A DNA stretch of 64,000 nt from Mobula hypostoma (GCF_963921235.1 NC_086097.1:156428001-156492000); one strand, 5' to 3'. Counted from the first letter of the stretch, positions 12,890 through 26,289 are shown. Numbers and translations: made by a program. Notes: a model not told the origin generated them from the letters alone.

Positions 12890-15372
12890 TTTGAAGAAAT
12901 CCCTGCCCAATTAACATCACGATATAACCTGTAGCACCAAAGGTCCCAACACACTAAACCACTGTTACACTAAGATATGGAATGCCTTCCATTCCATGTC
13001 AATAGACAATATAGACAATAGACAACAGGTGCAGGAGTAGGCCATTCAGCCCTTCGAGCCAGCACTGCCATTCACCGTGATCATGGCTAATCATCCACAA
13101 TCAGTACCTGTATCCAGTTCCTGCCTTATCCCCATAACCTTCGATTCTGCAATCTTTAAGAGCTCTATTCATCTCTTTCTTGAAAACATCCAGAGACTTG
13201 TCCTCCACTGCCTTCTGGGGCAGAGCATTCCACATATCCACCACTCTCTGGGTGAAAAAGTTTTTCCTTATCTCCGTTCTAAACGGCCTACCACTTATTC
13301 TTAAATTGTGGCATCTGGTTTTGGACTCACCCATCAGCAGGAACGTGCTTCCTGCCTCCGGTGTGTCCAATCCTTTAATAATCTTATATGTTTCAATCAG
13401 ATCCCCTCTCATCCTTCTAAATTCCAGAGTATACAAGCCCAGGCGCTCCAATCTTTCAACCTATGACAGTCCCGCCATCCCGGGAATTAACCTTGTGAAC
13501 CTACGTTGCACTCCCTCAATAGCAAGAATGTCTTTCCTCAAATTTGGAGACCAAAACTGCACACAATAATCTAGGTGTAGTCTCACCAGGGCCCTGTACT
13601 GCTGTAGAAGGACCTCTTTGCTCCTATACTTAATTCCCCTTGTTACGTCCAGAATGTATTTTGGGAAATCCTACCTGCATTCAGGCAGAGGTTCCAGAGA
13701 TTAATGCAACAAAGAGGTGGTCGTGGGAGGCAGAGGAACGGCTATGAGGTGTCTTCCAGTTGGTAGACTGGGCCATGTTCGAGGACTCATCTGTGGATCT
13801 GAATGAATACACAATGGTTGTAATGGACTTTATAAAAATAGATGTAGATGAACACACAAAATCATTAGAGTCTTCCCCAACTGGATATCTTGGATGGACC
13901 ATAAGATTGGCAATCTGCTAAGGGCCAGTCGAGAGGCATTCAAGTCTAGCGACAAAGGAAGTTACAAGAGGTCCAGACACAATCTCCGGAAAGCAATCTC
14001 ACAAGCGAGGTGGCAATTCCAGACTAAACTTGAATCAACAAAGGATGCTCGACAGGGGTGGGAGGGATTGAATGCCATCACCTCTTATAAAGTAAAATCA
14101 AGTGACATAGGCGACAACAGGGTTTCACTTCCAGATGAGTTAAATGCCTTCTGTACTCATTTTGACTGTCAAAACATGGAGCTCTCACAGCATCCATTGG
14201 TCCTGTGACTGCAGCCTCTGAGGCTGACGTCTGAGAATCCTTCAGGAGGGTGAACTCTGAACATGCATTCAGCCCAGACAGAGACCTGACCAAGCATTAA
14301 AGGCTGGAGCGTTCACTGAGATCTTTAACCTCTTGCTATGGGAGTCTGAGATACCCACGGACTTCAGGAAAGCTTCACTTACACCGTTACCTTAGAAGAA
14401 TATACTAACCTGCCTTAATGATTATTGGCCAGTTGCAGTTATATCCACAAAGATGAAGTGTTTTGATGAAGCGACAAAACATATCAACTCTTGCTTGAGA
14501 AGCAACACAGAACCACTCCAAATTGCCAACCGGCACAACAGGTCTACAGCAGATGCCATCCCAATGGCTCTTCGCTCAACCTTGGAACATCTCGACAGCA
14601 AAGAAGCATACATCAGGATGTTTTTTATCAACTACAGTTCAGCATTCAATACTATCTCCTCACAAAACTAATTAATAAGCTTCAAGACTTTGGCCTCAAT
14701 ACAGTCTTCTACAACTGGATTCTCAATTTCCTCACTTGCAGACCCCAGTCAGTTTGGATAAGCACCAATTTCTCCTCCAAAATCTCCATCAGCACAGGTG
14801 CACCACAAGGCCGCGTGCTTAACCCTTGCTCTACTCACTTCACACTTATGACTGTGCGGCTAAGCACAGCACAAATACCATCTTCAGCTGTGCTGTCGTA
14901 AGCCAAATCAAAAGTGATGATGAACCAGCAAATGGGAGGGAAACTGAAAATCTGGCTGAGAGGTGCAACAACAGCAAATTCTCCTTGCTCAACGTCAGCA
15001 GTCCCAAGGAGCTGATTGTTGACTTCAGGAGGAGGATACCAGTTTTCATTGGAGGATCAAAGGTGGAGAGGGTGAGTAACTTTAAACTATTTGATGTTAT
15101 CATTTCAGAGGATCTGTCCTGGGGTCAGCACATGTGTGGAATTCTGAAAAAAGCATGACAGCATATTGACTTCCTTAGGGGTTTACGAAGATTTGGGATA
15201 ATATTTAAAATATTACAAACTACTATAGATGTGTGGTGGAGAGTATATTGACAGCTTGTATCATAGCCTGGTATGGAAATCCCAATGCCCTTGAATGGAA
15301 AATCCTACAGGAAGCAGTGGACACTTACATATATAAAACAACAAATTTTAGTGATATTAAACCCAATTGTGA
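12890..15372 (+). mobile_element. Rex1/Babar LINE, decayed
   Basis: SLPDELNAF, MKCF..HIN..PLQ..RSTADAI, YSSAFNT, TGAPQG, ERVSNFK motifs in ORFs 13894-15158. Confidence 0.9.
13001..13645 (-). mobile_element. CR1 3' fragment inserted in Rex1
   Basis: ORF 13101-13451 (LEFRRMRGDLIETYK..FFTQRVV); (TTGTCTA)n tail; probable aYgtc duplication at the junctions. Confidence 0.92.
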
Positions 15373-15390
15373 TTTTTATTGCCTTCCTTT

Positions 15391-17618
15391 TTAGACCATA
15401 AGACCATTAGCTATAGGAGCAGAATTAGGCCACTTGGCCCATCGAGTCTGCTCCACCATTTCATCATGGATGATCCAATTTTCCTTTCAACCCCAATCTC
15501 CTGCCTTCGCCCTGTACCCCTTCAAGCCCTGACCAATCAAGAATCTATCAACCCCTGCCTTAAATATACAAAAAAGTCTTGGCCTCCACAGCTGCCTGTG
15601 GCAAAGAATTCCACAGATTCACCATCCTCTGGCTAAAGAAATTCCTCCTCATCACCATTCTAAAAGGCAGCCCCTCTATCCTGAGGCTGTGTCCTCTGGT
15701 CTTAGACTGTCCCACCATAGGAAATATTCTCTCTACATCCATTCTATCAAAGCCTTTCACAATTAGATGAGGTTGCTCCTCATTATTTTGAATTCTAGTG
15801 AATACAGGCGCAGCTCCATCAGACACTCTTCATATGACAAGCTATTCAATCCTGGAATCATTTTTGTGAGCTTCCTTTGACTCCTCTCCAGTTTCAGCAC
15901 ATCCCTTCTAAGATAAGGGGCACAAACCTGCTCACAGTACTCCAAGTAAGGCCTCACCAGTACTTTATAAAATTTCAACATTACATCCTTGCATTTATAT
16001 TCTAACATTGCGTTTGCCTTCCTCACCACAGGCTCAACCTGCAAATTAGCCTTTCGGGAATCCTGCACAAGAACTCCTAAGTCCCATTGCATCTCAGTTT
16101 TTTGTATTTTCTCTCTATTTAGATAAAGTCAACACCATACACTTTGCAACATTGTATTCCATTTGCCATTTCTTTGGGCATTCTGCTAATCTGCTCAAGT
16201 CTTCTGTAGCCTCTCTACTTCCTCAAAAATAACTTCCCCTCCATCTTCATATCGTCTACAAACATTGCAACAAAGCCATCAATTCCATCATCCAAGTCAT
16301 TGACGTATAATGTAAAAAGAATCGGTCCCAACATAGACCCCTGTGGAAAACCAGTAGTCACCAGCAGTCAGTCAGACAAGGCTCCCCTTATTCCCACTCT
16401 TTGCCTCCAGCAAATCAGCCACTTCTTTATCCAAGCTAGGATCTTTCTTATAATACCATGGGCTTGTAGCTTGTTAAGTAGCCTCAGATGTAGCACCTTT
16501 TCAAAGACCTTTTGAAAATCAAGTACACATCAACCAAATCTACTTTGTCTGTCCTGCTTGTTACCTCTTCAAAAAACTTCAACAGCTTTGTCAGGCAGGA
16601 CCTTCCCTTGAGGAAACCATGCTGACTACAGCCTATTTTGTCATGTGTCTCCAAGTAGCCAGAGTCCTCATCCTTAATAATTGACTCCAACATCTTCCCA
16701 ACCACTGAGGTCAGACTAACTGGACTATAGTTTCCTTTCTTCTGTGTCTCTCCCTTCTTGAAGAGTGGAGTGACATTTGCACTTTTCCATTCTTCTGGAA
16801 CCATTCCAGAATCTAGTGATTCTTGAAAGATCATTAATAATGCCTCCACGATTGCTTCGGCCACCTCTTTCAGAAGTCTGGAGTGTACCATGCTCAACCT
16901 TTTGATTCTTAACTTTGTCCGGGGTCTTATCAATATCTGCCTCCACAACATTTTAACTAAATGTTCGGTCAATCTGGTCCCCATCCCCCATGCAGCTTTG
17001 ACGAGCCTTCCCACTAAGATATTAGTCCCTGTCCAATTCAGGTGCAAACCGTCCTTTCTGTACAGGTCCCATCTTCTCTGGAAGAAAGTCCAATGATCGA
17101 AAAATCTTATGCCCTCCCTCCTACACCAACTCCTTAGTCACATATTAAACTGTATAATCTTCTTACTTCTAGCCTCACTAGCTCATGGCATAGGTCGCAA
17201 TCTGAGACCACAACCCTGGAGGTCCTGCCCTTTAACTTAGAACCAAACTCCCTGAACTCCAAATGCAGAACTTCATTACTCATCCTACTCATGTCAATGG
17301 TATCCACATGTTCCATGACTTCTGGCTGCTCACCCTCCCAGTTAAAATTTCTGAGGATATCCATCCAAGATATCCCGGACGCTGACACCCAGGAGGCAAT
17401 ATACCATCTGAGAATATCGTTCTCGCCCTCAGAACCTCCTGTCCATTCCCCTAACTAACGAATCCCCTATCACCACGGTGTACCTCTTCTTCTTCCTTCC
17501 TGTCTGAGTCGCAGAGGCATCTTCAATGCCAGAGACCCAACCACTATGACTTTGTTAGGTCATCCCCCTCCCCCGACAGTATCCAAAGTGATATACCTGT
17601 TGTTGAAGGGGATGGCCG
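15391..17618 (-). mobile_element. CR1 LINE with internal deletions, including ORF1 SGNH-esterase remnant
   Basis: RT pieces at 15560-16880. ORF1 VVIGDSLVRG (~17476-17447) and YRKDGLHLNW (~17060-17030) are joined directly to ORF2 LLKEVAEAI. Tail at ~15392. Confidence 0.9.
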
Positions 17619-18411
17619 TGTATTGTTGCTCATCTGTTGAAGAAATGCTATGCTAATCATTGAATCTCAGTGTATGTTAAACAAATTAATTATGCAACAG
17701 TTACACATGTGATTTCTTCTACACTCATGTCTTCCTAAAGGGATGAATAACAGAAACAAGCTATTAAGAAAGGTTATGTTGCACTGTGCTCACATTGCTA
17801 GTATCTTTGATTCTACACTTGCAGATAGAGATAACTTCACTGCCAGCTACCAATGGAGAAATGCTTCTACAAGTTGTGATTTATAAGATAGCATGAAGCT
17901 AAGTTAGATCACAAGCGGCGAAGTGACTTGCTGAAAAATTCATCCAGTTACAGAACTGACAATGTGTACGTCAGAATATTCTTACCTTTACCTTCAGATC
18001 AATTCAAGGTTCATTCACTCACATTAATCAATCACAGTACTTAAAAATATAAAGTAATTGAGGGTCGTCTTGTTTCCTTGAGCAAGCAATTACATATCCT
18101 TCATCAGCAAGCAGTAACATCATGATATGCCTGTGAAATTTTGCTGATTGGTAGGCCCCAAAAGGCCATGGAGGTCACTGATTGCATCGGCATGGTTTGT
18201 TGAACAGAGAATTATCTTATACAAATCTAAAAGATTTCCATTGACGGAAAGTTCAGGGCATCAGCACTTGTATGTCAATGCACACTTTTAGAGCAGCTGT
18301 TGCAATGTGTTCAACTTAAAGTGTTGTCATAAGCAAAGTGAAATGCACAAGGTAGGAAAACAAGTAGGCTTGGTTGTATCATTTAAAAAAATAATAAAAT
18401 ATGGAGTTATG

Positions 18412-20260
18412 GCAAGTGTTGGCAAGACTAGCTTTTAAATGCAGATCCCCACTTGTCCTTGGGTTAAATTACAATCTTGAACCATTTATGGAGAAAGTAC
18501 TTGCATTATGCAGTTAGTTGTTGAGTCCTAAGAATGCTTTATCCACTGTCGATGAAGGAATGGTAATCCTTTTCTAAGTCAGGGAATGGAAAGTGTTGAC
18601 TTCCCCATGCTTCTGCTGTCCTTGTCTTTCCAAACCTCTGAGGTTGTTCACTTGGTGCGATACCACCTTTCCTCTGACATCTTATATGCACCAAATGCTT
18701 CAGAAGAAAGGTGAACCCCACTTTGGAACAGATGATTTTTCAAGCCAGTCACCTGTACGTTAATGAACACGTTGATGTTTGCTTTTGGATGTGTCAGCAC
18801 ATCAGGCATTAGGCAAGCTGTTGTTAAGTTCTGTTGGCAAAGAAGCAGTGAAGAACTCTTATCTTCCATGAGCTGGGTTGATCTAATAAGACTTCTAGGT
18901 ACCTGACAGGGGAGAGGTTCTAATCTTAGTTGCCATGGCAATGCAATCTCTTCACACTGTGCATAGTATACAGAACACCATACACATCCCTGTGACACCT
19001 GATGGAAATGCCGCACTTAGAGAGTGAGATACCTTCATGAAGGTGTAGCTTGAGACATGTGACTTCAGACTATAAGAGATCTTTGCGTTTCTCTGGCAAT
19101 GTCGCCCTTCAAAAAACACGTGGCTGCTTGCGGATACAAAAGTCCCTTTTAGAGGAAGATTAAGGACACTCTTTGTCATTGCTCAATGTGGAGACTTTCA
19201 TCTAGGTGCCACAAAAAAAACCAAGAAAACCATGTTTTATCACATGCTTAAACGTTTTGTGCCAATCTTTGTCATTCTCATGATCTTCAGAGCTTCAACA
19301 GCAAAAAGCTTTAGTATCAAAGATACAGATGGCGTCAGGACTAGGCAATAAGGGCAGCATAGAAGTAAAGCTAGAGGTGGATAAGAATAGAAACACTGAT
19401 CACCAGCCTTCAGTATTCTCCACTGACATGAGTTGGAGGCTGCGTAGTTTACCAGGGTCATCCCAGAGTGTGCTGAACCTGTGGAAAACCCCAGCGTGAA
19501 ATGGCCAAATGTACGGTGATCATCTCAAAATTACAGAGAGAGGAAACATCAAATATTTGACTGCCAGAAACTTAAGTGCTGCAGCGTGGGTGGGCAGACA
19601 GGTCATTCTACAAAGCACTGCCTGGTTAAGAGCAGACAGTGAGATGAAAGAAGAGTCAGGAGTAGATGGTGGCAGTTGAATTCTGATCCAAAAGATACCA
19701 GATATCCCACTACTACCATCACCCAAAATCATGAGCATTTCTTTATGTCTGCAATGTTTGAAGCACTGCTTGATGGTTTGGAACATTAGGTTACCTCAGC
19801 AAGTTTAATACTGGTGTAGAGTGCATTTGCAAAGATTCAGTCTTTTGCACCTCAACAACTGTCATCAGTGTTTTCAAACAGACAGTCAATCTAGTCAAGA
19901 GGAAATAAGAACTGTTCATGTGACTTGTGAGAGCAAAACAAATCTTCACCATCACTGGCATAGTAGAGGAGAGCCAGCTCTTTGTACATTTTTACATCTG
20001 ATGTAGTGTGCAGGCTTCTCAGTGAGTGCAATCCAGCTCTAGGGAATGAAAGGCTGGCTGTAATCTAGCAGCTCCCACTTTTGCCAGAATATCCCCAACT
20101 AATTGTTCTGAGCAATATCATCATCTGCATCGGAGAGGTAGCCGAATCAGCCACCAGACTTATTAAACTTGAGGTCCTGTGCAAATTCCCGAATGGAACT
20201 GTTACTGGGGTAAACTAGGGTAATATCTTTGACAACCATGCAGATGAGGCACAGTGGCAA
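18412..20260 (-). mobile_element. Old LINE (CR1/L2 group) remnant, split by the Tx1 fragment
   Basis: Same 3' end as 4148-4385; the sequence resumes at ~19776 (ggtttggaa). Confidence 0.45.
18648..19775 (+). mobile_element. Tx1/L1-clade element 5' part: decayed ORF1 (ZCCHC3-like, triple zinc knuckle)
   Basis: gccATGG at 18935. Manual translation across stops and frameshifts: IQNTIHIPV..LETCDFRL*EIF..SIKDTDGVRT..VKLEVD..HQPSVFS..VVYQGHPRVC*TCGKP..KC..HQIFDCQKLKCCSVGGQTGHSTKHC. Confidence 0.7.
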
Positions 20261-20434
20261 TGCCAGAGGGCCAGTCCATTCCAGAATATGTTTTCTTTAA
20301 AAAAAACTATTAAATCAAGAAAAACAGAGTGTGCTTCTGTGACTGCTGCCTTCTGCTGGCTGACTGCTGCCATTGCTACATATTATGCCTTAAAGATAGT
20401 TGATATCATTATTTTTGTAGTTTTATCCTATCTT

Positions 20435-20648
20435 TCATTTATTTATTATTTATTGAGAATAGTCCCTTTTGGTCCTTCAAGCTGCGCTGCCCAGCAAACT
20501 CCCCCCCACCCCAATTCACCTTAACTTAATCAATAAGCAATTAACCTCCCAAATGGTACATCTTAGGACTGTACAGGCAATGGCAGGAATTGAACCCTGG
20601 TTGCTGGTACTGTAAAGCATTGTGCTAACCACTATGCTACCATGCCAT
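20435..20648 (-). mobile_element. tRNA-derived SINE (V-SINE/HE1-like), internally deleted
   Basis: Minus-strand head ggcatggTAGCATAGTGGttag..agGGTTCAATTCC (pol III A and B boxes); (AAAT)n-like tail. Confidence 0.75.
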
Positions 20649-20669
20649 TCCAGGCCTTTAACGACTCTG

Positions 20670-20860
20670 CAGTTCTCCTACTTGGCAGCCACAACTTTGG
20701 CTTTGAAGCTCCTAAATTCCCTCTCTAAACTCTCTCACCTATGTCTCTTCATTTTTAAATCCAATTAAAATATCAAAGCTTTTAGTCCAATATCTACTTT
20801 CTCATTCCATGTCCTTTGCTTACTCTAATCTAATTACACTTCCACAATAAAATTGCAATA
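20670..20860 (+). mobile_element. L2-like 3' end remnant
   Basis: aagctcctaaattccctctctaaact..aaagctttt resembles L2 3' ends as recalled. Confidence 0.4.
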
Positions 20861-22116
20861 TCAGTAAAAGTTGCATAGCCACACCCCTAAGTAGTTGAAA
20901 TAGAAATGTTTACATTTTAGGTATAGTATTAGTTTGGGTACAATTCTGCTTTTTGCAAGATGCTCATAATAAAAAGAAAGTAACGATGTTATATAAAATT
21001 CTAATGAGACGCAATGTATTTGATCTCAATTTTCCTAATTCTGTGAAATGCATAATGTCAAGATGGCAGCGTGTCCAGTCACAGCATCCACTCCAGCTCC
21101 AATTAATGGTGTAATTGTTTATCCTTTACGTCTTTCTAATAATTGCAAGACAGTGCTGGATATTAAAGTACTGAGTACTGCAGGTCTACCTCACTAGCGA
21201 GTCATTGGATAGCAGATGAGTTCCGCAGCATGGGCTTACGGTGTTCTGTGTTATCACCTGCAACAGCACCCAGGGGAGATGCCACTGGAAGCGATGTGAA
21301 AGGAATCAGAAGCTTGCAAGGTCTGCTAGTATTTGTGTGAGACTAAAGGTGAAATACTGCTTTATATCCCATATCCCTGGTGCATAAAAAGCTGCTTCCC
21401 TGTCCTCACCTTGGATTCTCGGACCACTTATCTGTTATGTTAATTCCTGCATATCTACCACTGATTAAAGGAGTTAAACCAGTTCGAAGGAAGTTAAGGA
21501 CCTGACCAGAAAGAGCAATGCCAGCATTGTGGAAATGTTTTGGAAAATGTTGTGGAAAACACACGTTCGAGGAGGTTGTTGCCTGTGACCATCATATTAA
21601 CATTGATGAATATACAAGACCTGTGACTGGCTACGTAGAGAAGTGCATTGAGGACGACACATTATTAAACACATCCATATGAAGGCAATCGGAAGCCAGG
21701 GCTGACAGCAGGGTGCAGGCACAGCTGAGAAATCAGAATGCTGCCTTCAGATCGGGGGATAAGACAGCTCTCAGGTCAGCAAGAGCTGTGCTTTTCTGCA
21801 TCATCGGGAAGGCAAAACAGGGTTATTCATGGAGAATATACAGTATTTCTGTGACACTGGAGACATGAAGTCCATGTGGCAGGGTATTCAGACCATAATT
21901 GACTGAAAGTCCACCCTGTGCATTAACGACAGTGATGCTTCCCTTCCTGATAGATTAATTATCCTTTACACTCAGTGTGATGCACGCAATAATGTGCTGG
22001 AGAGGAAAAGTACCCCCCTCCGCCCAACCCAAGGAGCAGACACTCTGTCTGGCTGCAGTTGATGTGTGAAAGATGCTCACTAGAGATAACCCATGTAAAG
22101 CTGCAGGGCCTGATTA

Positions 22117-22891
22117 CTCTGGACAAGAACAAATTTGTTTCCTGAATACCTTTGGGTATAACTTATGGATTTTGGGTGGCTGATCATGAAAATCACCATG
22201 AAACCTTGCATCACACACCATTTTTTTGAAATTGTCTGTATGTGTTATTTCAATTCATAATTCAAGCCAGAATAAGTGATGCAACAATTAAGGAAGCCAT
22301 TTTTGTTGGCCCACAAATCAATGAGAGGTAATTCAAAGAACTTCCAGTGGGACCGGAGAAAATCGCATGGGAAGAATTCAAAGATGCTGTTCAAAATTTC
22401 CTTGCCAACTACAGAGCACCAAACTTTGTGCAGCTGGTTGACAACATGATTAAAGCATACAAAATTGTGAAGTGCAAATGTCACTAAAGAATAATGTTCT
22501 GTATTCCCATTTAGACTTCTTCCCTGCTACTCTTGGTGCTGTCAGTGACGAGCCTGGTGCAAGGTTTCACCAGGATACTGTGGTCATTAAGAAATGGTAT
22601 CAGGACAATTGGAATCAACCAATGCTGAGTGGTTATTGTTGGACACTCAAGCATGAGTGAGTAGAAATGAAAATCATCAACAAAACATTTTTAACTTAGT
22701 TGAACTATTGCAAAGTGTCAGCACCGTTATTAAACACATTATATTCAAAACAAGTTAATTTCTTGTTTCTGCAAATTCCGACATGATACAAGTAGTCTGA
22801 AATTATTTTTGTGTTCAGCTTCAAGCGGTCTATCATAAACCAAAAAAAAATTCTAAGAAAGCAACACTTCAAAAAAAATTATTGTCCAGTG
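22117..22891 (+). mobile_element. Chapaev3-type (CMC) DNA transposon, internal-deletion derivative
   Basis: TIRs C(T)CTGGACAA...TTGTCCAGTG flanked by TTA/TAA. Transposase C-terminus MSLK..LYSHLDFFPATLGAVSDEPGARFHQD..YCWTL (22472-22660). Confidence 0.8.
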
Positions 22892-22956
22892 TAATAAATC
22901 TGGTGGCGTTCTGAGGGACTGTGCAGCCCAATTAACATAGATTCCAACAGATACCT

Positions 22957-23378
22957 CAGAATCAGAACCAAAATCAGGTTTAATATCACTGAAATTTGTA
23001 ATTTGTGTAATGTGACAGAAGTACATTGCAATATATAATAATATAAACTGTCCATTCAGAAATCTAATGGCGGGGGGGGGGGTGGGATACTGTTCCTGAA
23101 ACATTGAGTGTGTGCCTTCAGGCTCCTGTTCCTCTTCCATGATAGTAGCAATGTGAAGAGAGCATGTCTTGGGTGAGAGGGTTCTTAACTATGGATGCTG
23201 CCTTTTCGAGGTATCACTCCTTGAAGATGTCCTGGATGCTGGGGAGTCTAGTGCCCATGACGGAGCTGACTGAGTTTACAACTGGCTGCAGCTTTTTTTG
23301 ATCCTGTACAGTGCCTTACCTCCCCATATGAGACAGTGCTGCAGTCAGTGTGAATGTTCTCCACAGTACATTTGTAGA
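22957..23378 (-). mobile_element. Rex1/Babar 3' fragment inserted in Rex1
   Basis: cagaatcagaac tail as at 441 and 45809; host Rex1 continues on both sides. Confidence 0.8.
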
Positions 23379-24907
23379 CATCTCTCTGGAATAGTCCACT
23401 GTCCCCTCATGCCTCAAGGCACCCACCAACATCCCAGTGCCCAAGAGGACGGCAGAAACCAGCCTCAAAGACTACCATCCAGTGGCACTGACCTCAACAA
23501 AAATGAACCGCTTTGAACGGCTGGTAATGGATTGCATTAAATTCCACCTTCCTGCTACACTGGATCTTTTCTAGTTTGTTTATTGCTCAAGTCAGTCCAC
23601 GTATGATGCCATAACCTCTGCACTCCAATCTGTCCTGTCTCACCTTGAAAATGGGGCCTCATATGCCACGATGCAGTTTAATACAATCATCCGTCAGAAG
23701 CTACTAGAGCAGCTGGTAGGGTGGCGCAAGCACAACAAGTTGAATCTCAACATGAACAAGACCAAAAAGCTGATTGTGGACTTTAGGAAGGTACAGGCTG
23801 ACCACTCCTCATTGCACATACATGGCTGCTTTGTGGAGAGAGTTAACAGCACCATGGTTCTGGGAGTATACATAATGCACAATCTCAACTGCTCCTTCAA
23901 CACCACCTCTTTTGTCAAGAAATCACTTCAGCTTCCCCACTCCCACCCCTAATATTCTAACTAATTTTACAGAAGCACCATCAGGAATGTCCTGACCAGC
24001 TGCATCACTGTTTGGTACAGCAATTGCAAGGCATCGGACAGCAAGTCCTTACAAAGGATTATGAAGACTGCTGAGATGATTATCGGGGTCTCTCTTCCAC
24101 CTATTAGAGGTATTTATCAGGTGCAGGGCCCTTAGCACTGTCAATGATCTCTCCTATCCATCCAACCATCTCTTTGACCCCCCTGCCATGAGGCAGGAGG
24201 TACCCCTAGCATTAAGACAAGGTCTGTTAGGATGGGAAACAACTTCTTCACCCAGGCTGTAACTGAGCCCCCTGCCAGCAACCGGGTCTTTTCATGCATG
24301 AAACACCAGTAACGTCATGCTGCTTACTTTTTACCTTGTGTTATAAATGCACCTTGGCATTTGTTAATTTACTTGTGATATTATTACTTTATGTGCTAGC
24401 TGTGCAAGTTATATGCACTGTGTTGTGTGGTATCCGTGCGTACGGTTGGAAGATAATGAACTGAACTTGAACGTAAACTTATTTAATGAGAAAGGGCTGT
24501 GGCTAATGAATGTAGTATTGATGCTGCTAGCTTTACTTACATCAGTTAGGTCTCAGATCAAATACTGACAGCATGCTCTTATAGAAATCAATTTCTCAAC
24601 TATGCTATTGGAAAGAAAGTTACGCTTTCATTTGGATCAAATTTGTCAAGGGCGCCAAGAAAGGGAGTACACGATGAGCCAAGTATTGCCAGCACAAGCC
24701 TGCTGCTCAAAATTGATATTGATAGTTATACCTACCTGGCTGGAATGCTCATAGAGTATCCAACAGCACACTTACAAAACCCTGTTCTGAACATACTCCT
24801 GGAAGCTCTGATTGTGGCAAAGCCTCGTCCCCCAGCTTTGAGAGTTGTCAAAGTTATCAGCATTCTATACCACCTGGGAAGGTGCTGATATTCATAAACT
24901 ATTTTAC

Positions 24908-25150
24908 AACAGTAGCATAGCAGTTAGCTTAACGCTGCTGTAGCACCAGCGACTGGCTTTAATTTGCACTGCTGTCTGCAAGGGGTTTGTATGCTCTCCC
25001 TGTGAATGTGTGTGTTTCCTCAGGGTGCTCTGGTTTCTTCCCACATTCTAAAACCATGTGCGTTACTGGGTTAATTGATCACCAGGGTGTAATTGGACAG
25101 TGCGGGTCATTAGATCAGAGCACCTGCTACCATATTATATCTCTAAGTAA
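24908..25150 (+). mobile_element. V-SINE-like tRNA-derived SINE
   Basis: A-box-like tagcatagcag; V-domain-like tttgtatgctctccctgtg..gtttcctcagggtgctctggtttcttcccac. Confidence 0.75.
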
Positions 25151-25498
25151 AATTTTAAAAATAATCATCTCCTTAAATTACTCAAACATGGTTATTTTGA
25201 ACAGACTTGAATAAAATTAATTAACCAGCTAGAATTCATAAATGTTGAGCATAACCAAAATAATTTCAAAAGACCATTTCTTTCAAAGTTCAAAGTAACT
25301 TTATAATCAAAAGTACATACATATCACCATATACAAGACAGAGATGCATTTACTTGCAGGCATACATAACAAATACAAGAAACATAATAGCATTAATGAA
25401 AGACTGCCCCCAGTAAGGTGGGCAAACAACCAAAGTACAGAAGACAACAAACTGTTCAAATAGAAAAAGAAAAAAAAAGAAAAAATAATAATTATATT

Positions 25499-25830
25499 AA
25501 CATTTGGTTTAACAGGGTGACACTTATCAAGAAGCAAGCTGGATTAGGGAGTAAAAAGAATGACCCCACACAAGTGAAGAGTTGGAAATACCTAAAGTTA
25601 CACTGGATATACTAAAAGTAGTTATAAAAAAATACCCACAACTGGAAAAGTACCGGCAGTGATAATATTCCTAATTATTGGTATAAAATTTAATTGTCTT
25701 CATCCACACCTAATAATACATATCAACAATTTTCGAAAAAATCTCGAAACAGTGCCCGTATTTTTGACAGAATGTAAATCATTTCTCCTACCTAAAGGAG
25801 AAATCACAAATAACCAATCAAAAAGGCCCA
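25499..25830 (+). mobile_element. R4/Dong-clade LINE fragment (N-terminal part of RT)
   Basis: Manual translation with frameshifts: NIW..ASWIRE..VTLDILKVVIKK/THNWKSTGSDNIPNYWYK/FNCLHPHL..VPVFLTECKSFLLPKG..SKRP. Confidence 0.65.
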
Positions 25831-26289
25831 GGGAGATTGGAAAGACAAGGCTTTGGGATCTGGGGTGAGAGATGATTTTTCTTGCTCTCTGCAATGGTCA
25901 CTCCTCTCTCTATGGCACTGAGTCTATGACGACTGTTAGGCTGCTGTGCTCCATGCCCACTAATATGACAAAATTATAAGTGAGGCTGCTCTGGATTTCA
26001 AGGACTCAAAGTACATTTATTATCAAAGAATGTATAAATTATACAACCTTGAGATTTGAGGTTCTGAGAATCTGATAACTCAATGTGGTTCAGAATGTTG
26101 TTGTCCACTTCATTTGTTTGCATGTTTTGTGTTTTTCTTTCTCTCTCTTGCTCATCGGGTATTGGTCTTTTATTATTTTTATCCTTTAATTGGGTTCTTT
26201 GAGGTTTCTTGCTTTGTGGCTATACAGATCTCAAGATTGTATAGTTTTACATTCGTGATACTAAATGTACTTTGACTCAAAATATGGCG

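Larger units (their letters stand above)
21058..24472 (+). mobile_element. Rex1/Babar LINE, decayed, host to two insertions
   Basis: aagatggc 5' end; KAAGPD region at ~22095; FNTII, LNMNKTKKLIVDFRK; gaactgaacttgaa tail. Confidence 0.85.

Noticed and set aside
20575..20648. tRNA-like sequence with A and B boxes
   Set aside because: It is a SINE head with no complete cloverleaf.
24643..24888. 81-aa ORF in non-repeat sequence
   Set aside because: No recognisable domain or convincing splice structure; length is compatible with chance.
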